Positions 50,956-59,698 of a DNA stretch of 64,000 nt are shown piece by piece. Below the pieces are notes generated by a model. It did not search any database and was not told where the DNA came from. It was given only the letters and a program-made list of their open reading frames with translations. Source of the stretch: Pseudomonadota bacterium (lineage in GTDB: Bacteria > Campylobacterota > Campylobacteria > Campylobacterales > Sulfurimonadaceae); NCBI GenBank assembly GCA_043797085.1, contig JAZDQA010000013.1:128001-192000 (forward strand), in the 5' to 3' direction. Made by a program: the position numbers and the translations under genes. Within the stretch, counting starts at the first letter, position 1. Each line of letters begins with the position of its first letter.

Positions 50956-51702
50956 TTATTTACTTTCTACTACCCGACCGTTCAACGGCTGAACAGGACG
51001 ATAATTGTGATCGTAAAATTTACGCAGTGCAGCAATCTGCTCTTTTGAAACACTTTGAACTTCTTTCATAACGTACCATTTTACGTTTTCACTGCACGGA
51101 GGAGTCGTCAATGAGCCCATAAAATGGAAATAGTTGTTCGTATTTTTCGGAAGCAGCTCTGCCGGATTTATTTCTGTCAATTTTCCAACCGAATCGAGCA
51201 CTTTTTGAACGACCTTATTGGGTGTTTTACCCTCTTCAAACAATACTGCGACAACTAAGAGACTCCCGAAGGCACTTTTATGAACCATATGGGCAACCGA
51301 ATCGTACTGCTTGCCATCAATTTGTTCTTCACTTTTTCCATGAAAATGAAATTGTGCCAAGGTATAATCGACACCGTCTACGTTGATCATCCCTCCCTTG
51401 TTCACATTTACTTGAATCGCATGCCCATTATCTAAAACATTTACCTTGGATTTTACACTTTTGTTCAAATGCAAAGTATTGGCAGTGTTAAATGATGACG
51501 TTTGTTTCGAGAGAATATTAATCGGCGATTGTGCTTTTCCAAGTTGACATGATTCACCAAACTCACCCCACTGATCTGGTCCATGCTCATCGTAGTTCCA
51601 ATGGACTTCATGTTTTGCAGTTGAAGCATGATGTTCTTGCGCGTGTCCTAAAGTCCCAACTAAAAATACTGCAACATTTAATGTTAAAAGAATTTTATTC
51701 AT
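50956..51702 (-). CDS. Periplasmic alpha-class carbonic anhydrase
   Basis: Signal peptide; QSPINI, NGHAIQ, QFHFH...HMVH, GSLTTPPCSE, NYRPVQPLNGR. Confidence 0.95.
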   Translation of the reverse strand: MNKILLTLNVAVFLVGTLGHAQEHHASTAKHEVHWNYDEHGPDQWGEFGESCQLGKAQSPINILSKQTSSFNTANTLHLNKSVKSKVNVLDNGHAIQVNVNKGGMINVDGVDYTLAQFHFHGKSEEQIDGKQYDSVAHMVHKSAFGSLLVVAVLFEEGKTPNKVVQKVLDSVGKLTEINPAELLPKNTNNYFHFMGSLTTPPCSENVKWYVMKEVQSVSKEQIAALRKFYDHNYRPVQPLNGRVVESK

Positions 51703-51719
51703 CGATTGCCTTTTTTTGG

Positions 51720-52421
51720 TTATTGTACGTCAACTACCTTGATATTTTTCTTTATCACCTCATCCACACCTTTGGCAATCAAAAGTACAAGCAGCCATGC
51801 GACAATCATTGTAATCACCGTATGACTCAAAAAATGATCCCCAATGAGCATCTTATAGCTTCCCATGCTCCCGCCGATGACGATTGCAGCACCACCAGCT
51901 GCGATTTTATTTCTTCGGTCTTGAAATAGAAAAATCAACGATAAGAGGGCAAACCCTCCGCTTGCATGACCGGCTGGCCAACATTTTTGTTTTTCTAGAT
52001 GACAATCTTTAGTTGCGTATTTTTCCCAAACGCAAGTATGTGGATAGGTTCCGTTAAAAATATCCAAACTTTTTGGACATGGCATATTCGAAACTGCTTT
52101 TAAAGAACCGACAACGAGAGGAACTGCGATAGAAGAAAGCACCACAATGATTAATCCGCGTCGATATGCCTTCATCCATTGTTTTTTCCATCCCAGAATC
52201 AAAACAAATAGAAAAAGAACCGCGATGACGATTAATAGACGTTTGATTCCGTCGTAAAAAATAAACTTGAGAACAGTATTGTTGGTATCAAGTATCCATT
52301 GATGGGTAATAGGATCATAAAAATGACTTTGCACCCAAATATCCGTAGGGCTTAAACCAAAAAAGAGGACTGCCACGACTAAAACGGTGGCAGTAATGAA
52401 AATATTTTTAGTGGACTCCAT
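51720..52421 (-). CDS. PAP2-family membrane phosphatase
   Basis: K......CP, CWPAGHAS, GDHFLSH; multiple TM helices. Confidence 0.88.
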   Translation of the reverse strand: MESTKNIFITATVLVVAVLFFGLSPTDIWVQSHFYDPITHQWILDTNNTVLKFIFYDGIKRLLIVIAVLFLFVLILGWKKQWMKAYRRGLIIVVLSSIAVPLVVGSLKAVSNMPCPKSLDIFNGTYPHTCVWEKYATKDCHLEKQKCWPAGHASGGFALLSLIFLFQDRRNKIAAGGAAIVIGGSMGSYKMLIGDHFLSHTVITMIVAWLLVLLIAKGVDEVIKKNIKVVDVQ

Positions 52422-54006
52422 GCAAGATGTCCAGCTCGCTTTGATATACAGAAGTCTTCACTTCACTCATCCCCAACAAAGTATGAAAGATAAAATCGTG
52501 AGTATACGCTTGTGAAGCATTTTGTTTTAGTTTTTCTTTATTTACCTGAAATTTTTCTCCAAACCACATGACCGCAGGGACATGCTTTTGTGCTTCCGGT
52601 GCAATGGCATAAGGAAAACCATGCAAATAAAGCCCTTTTTCTCCCAATGATTCTCCATGGTCACTTACATAAAACATCGCTGTTGCAAAGGTAGAATCGT
52701 TCTTTTGGAGCACATCGATTACCTTGGTTAAAAAATAATCGGTATATAAAAGAACATTATCGTACGCATTGGTGATCTCAGCTTGCGTGCATTGCTCTAA
52801 TTGATTGCTTTTGCAAACGGGAGTAAATTTCTCATACGCTTTTGGATAACGTTTATAATACGCCGGACCGTGATTTCCCATTTGATGCAGTACGATAACA
52901 ATATCCCCTTTCGGATGTGCATCGATGTACTCTTGCAAGCCAATGAGCATCCCCTCATCACGACACTCTCCATCCTCGCACATCGTATTTTTATCGGGTG
53001 ATTTAAAATCTTCATACGCTACACGAAGCGCGACCCCTTTGGAATCGGAGTTGTTATCCCTCCACAAAATATTCGCGCCAGAACGCTTCAAAATATCCAA
53101 AACATTTTCGGTATGCTTGGCTTTTTCTCCCTCGTACGATTCCCTGCCAAAAGAGGAAAACATACACGGTACCGATATAGCTGTTTCAGTACCGCAGGAA
53201 GTAAACTGGGTAAAATTGACAATATCTTCTTTTTTAAGCAACGGATTGGTTTCACGTCCATAACCATTAAGAGCAAAATGATCCCAGCGCACTGCTTCAC
53301 CAACGACTAAAATCATCAATTTACGATTTTCACTCGTCGGAACCGCTTTTGCATCTGCTCCTATAATCTGCAATCCGGTGTAGGGATGAGACAATGACTT
53401 TTGGATATAAGAACCCACGGAATAAAGATAATATCCCGGATTGGCGTAATAACGCAACGGCTTATGCTCTCTAAAAAATGAGGTGTAATTTTTACTAAAC
53501 GAGAATAAAAGTATCACAACAATACCCAAAGATATTCCAATCACTTTTCCCTTTTCGATCATTGTCATCTTAAAACTCATAGGTACAATTTTAAGTCGAT
53601 ACACGATAAAAGAGGGAATTACCCCTATCAAAAGTACATACAAAACAAGGGTGAGACTAAACAAATCAGCCGATTCGTTTAAATTTGTCTCCAATGTATT
53701 TTGGATCATATGCGTATCAATCACCGCATTATACGTATCCATAAAGTACGCTACAAAAGACGAAAGAATTAGAATTAGAATAAGGAGAGGCTTAATCGTA
53801 TGACGAAAACTAAATAAGGATAAAAGAATGGTCGTAACACTCATCAAAACCAATGCCAACGAAGCAATAAAAGCAACGGTGTCCCAAGAAAGAGGATAAA
53901 CCTCAATAACATGTTTGAAAAATGCCCCGTTTGCTACAAGCGTTAAAAAAAGAGCCACTCCAATAATAAGAAAACGTGATTTCACGCCAAAGGATTTAGT
54001 AAACAA
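52408..54006 (-). CDS. eptA: Lipid A phosphoethanolamine transferase (EptA family)
   Basis: 5 N-terminal TMs; VVGE, SCGTETAISVPCMFS (catalytic Thr), HQMGNHGP, SDHGESLGE.GLYLHG. Confidence 0.93.
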   Translation of the reverse strand: MFTKSFGVKSRFLIIGVALFLTLVANGAFFKHVIEVYPLSWDTVAFIASLALVLMSVTTILLSLFSFRHTIKPLLILILILSSFVAYFMDTYNAVIDTHMIQNTLETNLNESADLFSLTLVLYVLLIGVIPSFIVYRLKIVPMSFKMTMIEKGKVIGISLGIVVILLFSFSKNYTSFFREHKPLRYYANPGYYLYSVGSYIQKSLSHPYTGLQIIGADAKAVPTSENRKLMILVVGEAVRWDHFALNGYGRETNPLLKKEDIVNFTQFTSCGTETAISVPCMFSSFGRESYEGEKAKHTENVLDILKRSGANILWRDNNSDSKGVALRVAYEDFKSPDKNTMCEDGECRDEGMLIGLQEYIDAHPKGDIVIVLHQMGNHGPAYYKRYPKAYEKFTPVCKSNQLEQCTQAEITNAYDNVLLYTDYFLTKVIDVLQKNDSTFATAMFYVSDHGESLGEKGLYLHGFPYAIAPEAQKHVPAVMWFGEKFQVNKEKLKQNASQAYTHDFIFHTLLGMSEVKTSVYQSELDILHGVH

Positions 54007-54057
54007 AAAACAACCTTATCTAAAATAAAAAAGTGTCGAATAATAATCTATTTTCGA

Positions 54058-54074
54058 TTAACATTGCGTAAACC
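54058..54074 (-). promoter_or_regulatory. PhoP-box-like direct repeat upstream of eptA
   Basis: Minus strand GGTTTA-CGCAA-TGTTAA, 12 nt upstream of a TATTAT -10 hexamer (54040-54045). Confidence 0.45.
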
Positions 54075-54076
54075 TT

Positions 54077-54094
54077 GGTTATTAGCTAATAACC
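54077..54094. promoter_or_regulatory. Perfect 18-bp palindrome (candidate operator)
   Basis: GGTTATTAGCTAATAACC, 3 nt upstream of TATAAT (54098-54103). Confidence 0.5.
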
Positions 54095-54128
54095 CCTTAT
54101 AATACTACATTCCATTCATGAGGGCTTT

Positions 54129-56039
54129 ATGCGCATATTCAAAGAACTTTTTAAAATCTATTTCCTTTTTATCACTCTTTTCGTTTTGGGACGACTTGGG
54201 CTTTATATTCTATACGCTGATCGCTTGCATGATATTACATTTGCTGAATCTCTTTTGTCTTTTTTATACGGGCTCAAACTCGATACGATGACCACTTCGA
54301 TCATTCTCATCATCCCTGCTCTCATCCTCTCACTGACTCCCCAGTATTTTTCTCGACTTGCTGCACGTTTTCTTAATGGCTATGTCTTAGTATTTTTACT
54401 CCTAGCGGTATACATCGAAAACGCGACCTTCCCTTTTGTCGCACAATACGATGTTCGCCCTAACTATCTCTTCGTCGAGTATTTAAAATATCCCCAAGAA
54501 GTCTTATCGATGATTCTCAAAGAGTATCCGATGCAGCTTGTAGTGGCTTTTATTATGCTGATGTTTACGGCATGGCTTTTCGTACGCTTTTCACCCCTAA
54601 AATTTGAAGAGACACTCTCAACACCTCTATGGAAACGTTTTTTACTTCTTTTACCTATTGCTGCCTTACTCTTTATCGGCATCCGCTCCTCTTTAGGTCA
54701 TCGTCCCGCCAACGTCTCCGACGCGCTGTACAGTACTAACCGTATGGCAAATGAGATTGCCAAAAACTCTCTTTACAGTATCGGTGATGCTTATTACAGT
54801 TATTCAAAAGAGTCCGACAAGCTTGTAAACAGCTATGGAAAGATTGATTTAGCCGAAGCCTACCAACGTGTTTCTGTGCGTCTCAATATACCACAAGAAA
54901 GTAATTTCCCCTTTAATCGTCCTGAGCCAACCCATTTTTCTTCATCAAAACCTAAAAATTTGGTAATCTTTATCCAAGAGTCCTTGGGTAGTCAATTTGT
55001 CGGATTTAGCGGAGGCGACGTGAGCATCACCCCCAATCTTGAAAAGCTCTCTCACGAAGGATTGGCATTTACCAATCTCTTCAGCAACGGAACCCGCTCG
55101 ATTCGAGGACTTTCTGCTATGAGCTCAGGATGGCTTCCATTAGCAGGAGAGGAAGTTGTAAAACGAAATAAATCTCAAAGTGATTTTTTCACTGTCGCCT
55201 CATTGTTAAAACCGCTTGGGTATAAATCAAGCTTTATTTATGGTGGCGAAGGGCGCTTTGACAACATGCGCAGTTGGTATATGGGAAATGGTTTTGATGA
55301 AGTGATCGAACAAAAAGATTACAAAAATCCGAGCTTTGTCAGTACATGGGGAGTCAGTGATGAAGATTTAGTAATCAAAGCCCATGAAAAGTTCAAAGCT
55401 CATGACCTTAAAGGAGAGAAATTTGTCAGTGTCATGTTCTCCTCCTCCAACCATTCACCCTTTGAGCTTCCCGATGGAAAAATCGAATTTATGAAGGACA
55501 AACCGCGTCAAGGGGTAGAAAATGCAGTGAAATATGCCGACTTTGCAATCGGACGCTTGTTTGAACTAGCCAAAAAAGAAGCCTATTATAAAAATACCGT
55601 CTTTGTAGTCGTTGCCGATCATAACGTCCGTGTCTACGGAGACGATCTCGTACCGGTCAATATGTTCCATATCCCCGCACTCATCATTGCCGATGGATTA
55701 AAGCCTCAAAAATTTGATCGCCTTAGCACGCAACCTGATGTTCTTGCTACTGCACTTGATCTCATTGGTGTAAACTTTAGCTATCCCGTCTTAGGACACT
55801 CTATTTACAGCGATAACAAGCAAGAGATGGCGCTGATGATGTTTAACGATACGTTTGCCCTTCGTGTCCATGACAAAGTAGCCATCATTCAGCCCAACAA
55901 AGAACCGCTTACATTTACCTATGAACATGAGCATTTAAAATCTGCTTCACACGATAAGGAACTTGAAAAAGATGCGCTGGCGTTTGTAAAAGTGATGGAT
56001 GATATGTATAATAAGAAATTGTATCAGATGAAGAAATAA
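54129..56039 (+). CDS. LTA synthase family / sulfatase-like membrane phosphotransferase
   Basis: 5 TMs, NLVIFIQES, TPNL, NGTRS, SNHSP, VADH. Confidence 0.9.
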   Translation: MRIFKELFKIYFLFITLFVLGRLGLYILYADRLHDITFAESLLSFLYGLKLDTMTTSIILIIPALILSLTPQYFSRLAARFLNGYVLVFLLLAVYIENATFPFVAQYDVRPNYLFVEYLKYPQEVLSMILKEYPMQLVVAFIMLMFTAWLFVRFSPLKFEETLSTPLWKRFLLLLPIAALLFIGIRSSLGHRPANVSDALYSTNRMANEIAKNSLYSIGDAYYSYSKESDKLVNSYGKIDLAEAYQRVSVRLNIPQESNFPFNRPEPTHFSSSKPKNLVIFIQESLGSQFVGFSGGDVSITPNLEKLSHEGLAFTNLFSNGTRSIRGLSAMSSGWLPLAGEEVVKRNKSQSDFFTVASLLKPLGYKSSFIYGGEGRFDNMRSWYMGNGFDEVIEQKDYKNPSFVSTWGVSDEDLVIKAHEKFKAHDLKGEKFVSVMFSSSNHSPFELPDGKIEFMKDKPRQGVENAVKYADFAIGRLFELAKKEAYYKNTVFVVVADHNVRVYGDDLVPVNMFHIPALIIADGLKPQKFDRLSTQPDVLATALDLIGVNFSYPVLGHSIYSDNKQEMALMMFNDTFALRVHDKVAIIQPNKEPLTFTYEHEHLKSASHDKELEKDALAFVKVMDDMYNKKLYQMKK

Positions 56040-56051
56040 GAAGAAAGGAAA

Positions 56052-56078
56052 GTTTCTTCCCAAGAAAGGGAAGAAGTA
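56052..56078. terminator. Putative bidirectional terminator between convergent genes
   Basis: TTCTTCCC-AAGAAA-GGGAAGAA hairpin. Confidence 0.55.
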
Positions 56079-56082
56079 ACGA

Positions 56083-56472
56083 TTAACGTTTTGAGAATTG
56101 AGGTGAACGACGTGCTTTACGAAGACCTGGTTTCTTACGTTCAACGATACGTGAGTCACGAGTAAGCATACCGTAAGGTTTCAATACAACACGAAATGCT
56201 GGATCAAATGTACAAAGTGCTTTCGAGATACCGTGACGAAGTGCGTCTGATTGACCTGAAAATCCGCCGCCCATTGTGGTTGCGTTAATATCTACAGATG
56301 TGTCTTGTTTAGTAAGAGAAAGAGGTTGCGTTACACGCAATTTTTTCGCTTCAAGACCACCAAGCCATGCGTCAAGTGAAAGACCGTTAACGGTAATTTT
56401 ACCGCTACCTGGAGTCAACCATACTTTAGCGATCGATGTTTTTCTTTTGCCAGTTGCATATGTTTTTGCCAT
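56083..56472 (-). CDS. rpsI: 30S ribosomal protein S9
   Basis: [32 protein letters not shown]. Confidence 0.98.
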   Translation of the reverse strand: MAKTYATGKRKTSIAKVWLTPGSGKITVNGLSLDAWLGGLEAKKLRVTQPLSLTKQDTSVDINATTMGGGFSGQSDALRHGISKALCTFDPAFRVVLKPYGMLTRDSRIVERKKPGLRKARRSPQFSKR

Positions 56473-56481
56473 GGTTTATCC

Positions 56482-56904
56482 TTACTTAGCGATCTGTGCA
56501 GAGTGAGGGTGCTCAGCATCTGCATAGACTTTTAGTTTTTTCAACATCGCGCGACCCAATTTTGTTTTAGGAAGCATTCCGCGAGCTGCAAGTTTGAAGA
56601 GTTTTTCTGGGTTTGTTGCCAAAAGCTCTGTCATTTTTACACTTTTAACGCTACCGAAGTAACCGCTGTGCGTGTGGTATTCTTTATTAGCCAATTTACC
56701 GCCACCGTTAATTACGATTTTAGATGCGTTAACGATAACAACGAAGTCACCACAGTCAATGTTTGGAGTAAAATAAGGTTTATCTTTTCCACGAAGACGA
56801 GCAGCAACATCAGTCATTAAACGACCAAATGTTTTCCCCTCAGCGTCGATCAAAACCCATTTACGGTCGATTTGCTCAGGTGTTGCAATTTTAGTAAATT
56901 TCAT
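56482..56904 (-). CDS. rplM: 50S ribosomal protein L13
   Basis: WVLIDA...GRL, FTPNIDCGD, GMLPKTKLGR, HPHSAQ. Confidence 0.98.
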   Translation of the reverse strand: MKFTKIATPEQIDRKWVLIDAEGKTFGRLMTDVAARLRGKDKPYFTPNIDCGDFVVIVNASKIVINGGGKLANKEYHTHSGYFGSVKSVKMTELLATNPEKLFKLAARGMLPKTKLGRAMLKKLKVYADAEHPHSAQIAK

Positions 56905-56938
56905 CGTGAGCCTCCTTTTTAAGTCTTTTAGTGGCGAA

Positions 56939-56944
56939 ATTGTA
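56939..56944 (-). promoter_or_regulatory. Putative -10 box for rplM-rpsI
   Basis: GGGTACAAT-TTCGCC on the minus strand, 34 nt upstream of the ATG. Confidence 0.55.
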
Positions 56945-56995
56945 CCCTTTTAAACTTATAATATACTTAAATTAAGTTTTCTATAAGCACTATTT

Positions 56996-59698
56996 TTATC
57001 CTACTTTTTGCCATTCACACGTTGTATTACGTACATAACAGACATACCCTCTCACGTCTCCTCCTAAAAACAAACCAACTGCATCCATGTAGTTCTTCAC
57101 TTGCGCTGTATATTCATCACTTTTTTCTTCACCGCTTTTATAGTCTATAACTACCCAATACCCCTCATCATGTTCTATGAGCAGATCAATGATTCGCTTT
57201 TGACCCTGAGAATAAAAAGCTTGCTCTTTGTAACTTTCCCCACGCGTTAAAAAACAAAACTGCTCATCAGAAATTAATGCTGTCAACGTTTGACGCAATT
57301 GTTCTATTTTAGCCTCACCGATACTCATCCCATACCGTTTTCGCGTCGATTCAAGGGCATTTTTGAGTGATTCAATCTGAAAAGTCCCCATCATCTCCAA
57401 CGCATAATGGAGTGCAAGACCATAGTTAATCGCATCATAATCCACAATAGCATTTTTTTCTGGCTTCGCTACATCACTTTGTTTTCCATATCCTATACTC
57501 TTGATCTCAACGTGTTTTAGCGGCTGTACTTGCAAAAGAGGAGTTGTTTCAAACAGATACTCTCCCCATTGTCCCTCAGTAAGTCCCAACGGTTCAAACC
57601 AAGAACTTTTGGGCTTTGCGATGATGGTGAGCGACTGTACCGCCCTTGTTAATGCGACATAGAGGGCGTTGAGCTGATCGCTTTTTTCAAGCTGTTTCTC
57701 TTTTTCTAAACCATTTTTATAAACGGCATCCAATTCCTCTCGACCCTTGCTTCGAATAAACATCCGCTCAAGATGGATTCCGTCATACTCATATAGGATA
57801 AAATCGCTCCGACTTTTTATCTGTCCCAATCTGTCCAAGACGATAACATGTTCAAATTCTAATCCCTTAGATTTATGGACTGTCATAATCCGTATCCCGT
57901 GCAAATCACTCTGCAGCGAAGATGCCTCAAGCCGATCTATCTCGAAAATAACCGCCTCAATATCTGGATACGAACTCAATTTTTCAACAAACAATATCGC
58001 GCTCTTATCTCCAATACCGTGTTTGAGAATAAATTCAACGCACTGTGTTTGTACATCAATAATTGACTGGCGTTGTATATTTTCGTCCCCAAGCAATGCG
58101 GCACAGTTTTGGCGATAAATCTCATTTCCAAAATAGCAATAGCGAAAATATTCAATGATTGCCCGCACGCTTCGTTGATGTATAAGCCGAGAAGTCGCTT
58201 CACTGACAACCGGTATTCCCTGTTCATCGAGAATCTCTTGTACTCGTGCAGCATCTGAATTTGTACCGCACAAAATGGCAATATCATCGTCATTTACACC
58301 AGAGTGTCGCAACGCTTCGATTTGTTTAATCAGCACTGTTAGTGGTTCTTCATCAACATACACCTCAACCAATCCACCGTTTTTCGTAGCAGGAGAAGAT
58401 TGGGAGATATACCGCTGCATTGTCTCACCAAATACACGATTGACAAACTCTACCACTTGCGAACGTGAGCGATAGTTCACCTCCAAGGCGCGCACCTGAA
58501 CGTCAAAATGTTCGGCAACCTGATAAAAAAGGGCACTTACCCCTCCTCTGAAACGGTATATCGATTGTTTGACATCACCGACAAAAAAGAAACTTCCCCC
58601 CTCATTGACCCCAACACCTGCGGCAATCTCTTCAATCAGCGGTCGTAAAATATCAAACTGAATCACGCTCGTATCTTGGAACTCATCTAAAAGTAGATGT
58701 TTCATCGCTGCATCAAGTCTGAAATAGAGAAATTCACTCTCCAGTTTTCCCCTCAACAAATCGTGCACCATCAGCGTAATATCATCAAACGTCAGCTCAT
58801 TATTTTGGATAATTAATGCATGACGGCTTTTAATATAAATCTTTAGTATACGATTTAAAGCACTCAAAAGCTGGGCTTCTTTGTGTCGCATTTGAGCCAA
58901 TACTGCTTCTTGAAGGGCATGTAATAATTCATCCATTTTAGGCTCATAGATTTTTTTAAAGTCCCAATACTCCAAACTCGGCTTAAAAACCCACGATTTT
59001 TTCAAAAGATCTTCATAATCTTCAATAAGCATCGTTTTGCGTGAGCGATCACTCAACGGTTTGCTAAGCATCAGCTGAGACAACTCTCTTGCATACATCA
59101 TTGCATGGGCTATAGGATCAAAAGTCAATGAAGGCTGAGAAATATCTAAGCTCTCAAGCTCTTTGTGTTTTGCGTAAAGGGTTGAAAGAAGAGTAAACAC
59201 GTCTTCAAGTCGTTTGGAACTTAATTGTGAGAGATTTGTAAGCGTTTCTAGCTCTCCTGCAATCTCAACCTCATGCAAAAAACGCTTTAAAAACTTCACC
59301 TCATGATGCGCATTGGACGCTGAAAACGTCGGCATAATCCCTGCATTAAGGGCAAATTTTCGTAAAATGCTCCCAAAAAAAGTATCAATCGTCGAGATTT
59401 TCATGTCCGAGCGAAGCAGTTTCCACAAAACTTTATCTCGCAGACTTAAAATTTCATCTTCGCTTAAACCGCTTACTTTGGCTATCTCAGCAAGTTCACC
59501 TCGTTTTTCCAATGCATGCAATGTCTCTACAACGCGGGTTCGCATCTCGTTGGCAGCTTTGTTTGTAAACGTCAATGCGGTAATGGTTTCAACCTCTTCA
59601 CCCATAAAAAGCAAACTCAAATATCGGACGACGAGATTAAACGTTTTTCCGCTTCCTGCACTCGCTTCATACGCCAAGAAAGGTTCAAAATGACTCAT
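56996..59698 (-). CDS. addA: AddA (RecB-like) helicase/nuclease
   Basis: ASAGSGKT, TFTNKAA, LDEFQDTS, VGDVKQSIYRFRG, TVHKSKGLE, YVALTRA, IDLL..IDYKS. Confidence 0.93.
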   Translation of the reverse strand: MSHFEPFLAYEASAGSGKTFNLVVRYLSLLFMGEEVETITALTFTNKAANEMRTRVVETLHALEKRGELAEIAKVSGLSEDEILSLRDKVLWKLLRSDMKISTIDTFFGSILRKFALNAGIMPTFSASNAHHEVKFLKRFLHEVEIAGELETLTNLSQLSSKRLEDVFTLLSTLYAKHKELESLDISQPSLTFDPIAHAMMYARELSQLMLSKPLSDRSRKTMLIEDYEDLLKKSWVFKPSLEYWDFKKIYEPKMDELLHALQEAVLAQMRHKEAQLLSALNRILKIYIKSRHALIIQNNELTFDDITLMVHDLLRGKLESEFLYFRLDAAMKHLLLDEFQDTSVIQFDILRPLIEEIAAGVGVNEGGSFFFVGDVKQSIYRFRGGVSALFYQVAEHFDVQVRALEVNYRSRSQVVEFVNRVFGETMQRYISQSSPATKNGGLVEVYVDEEPLTVLIKQIEALRHSGVNDDDIAILCGTNSDAARVQEILDEQGIPVVSEATSRLIHQRSVRAIIEYFRYCYFGNEIYRQNCAALLGDENIQRQSIIDVQTQCVEFILKHGIGDKSAILFVEKLSSYPDIEAVIFEIDRLEASSLQSDLHGIRIMTVHKSKGLEFEHVIVLDRLGQIKSRSDFILYEYDGIHLERMFIRSKGREELDAVYKNGLEKEKQLEKSDQLNALYVALTRAVQSLTIIAKPKSSWFEPLGLTEGQWGEYLFETTPLLQVQPLKHVEIKSIGYGKQSDVAKPEKNAIVDYDAINYGLALHYALEMMGTFQIESLKNALESTRKRYGMSIGEAKIEQLRQTLTALISDEQFCFLTRGESYKEQAFYSQGQKRIIDLLIEHDEGYWVVIDYKSGEEKSDEYTAQVKNYMDAVGLFLGGDVRGYVCYVRNTTCEWQKVG

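Noticed and set aside
52408..54006. Mobile colistin-resistance (mcr) gene
   Set aside because: No IS or plasmid features; best treated as chromosomal eptA pending phylogeny.
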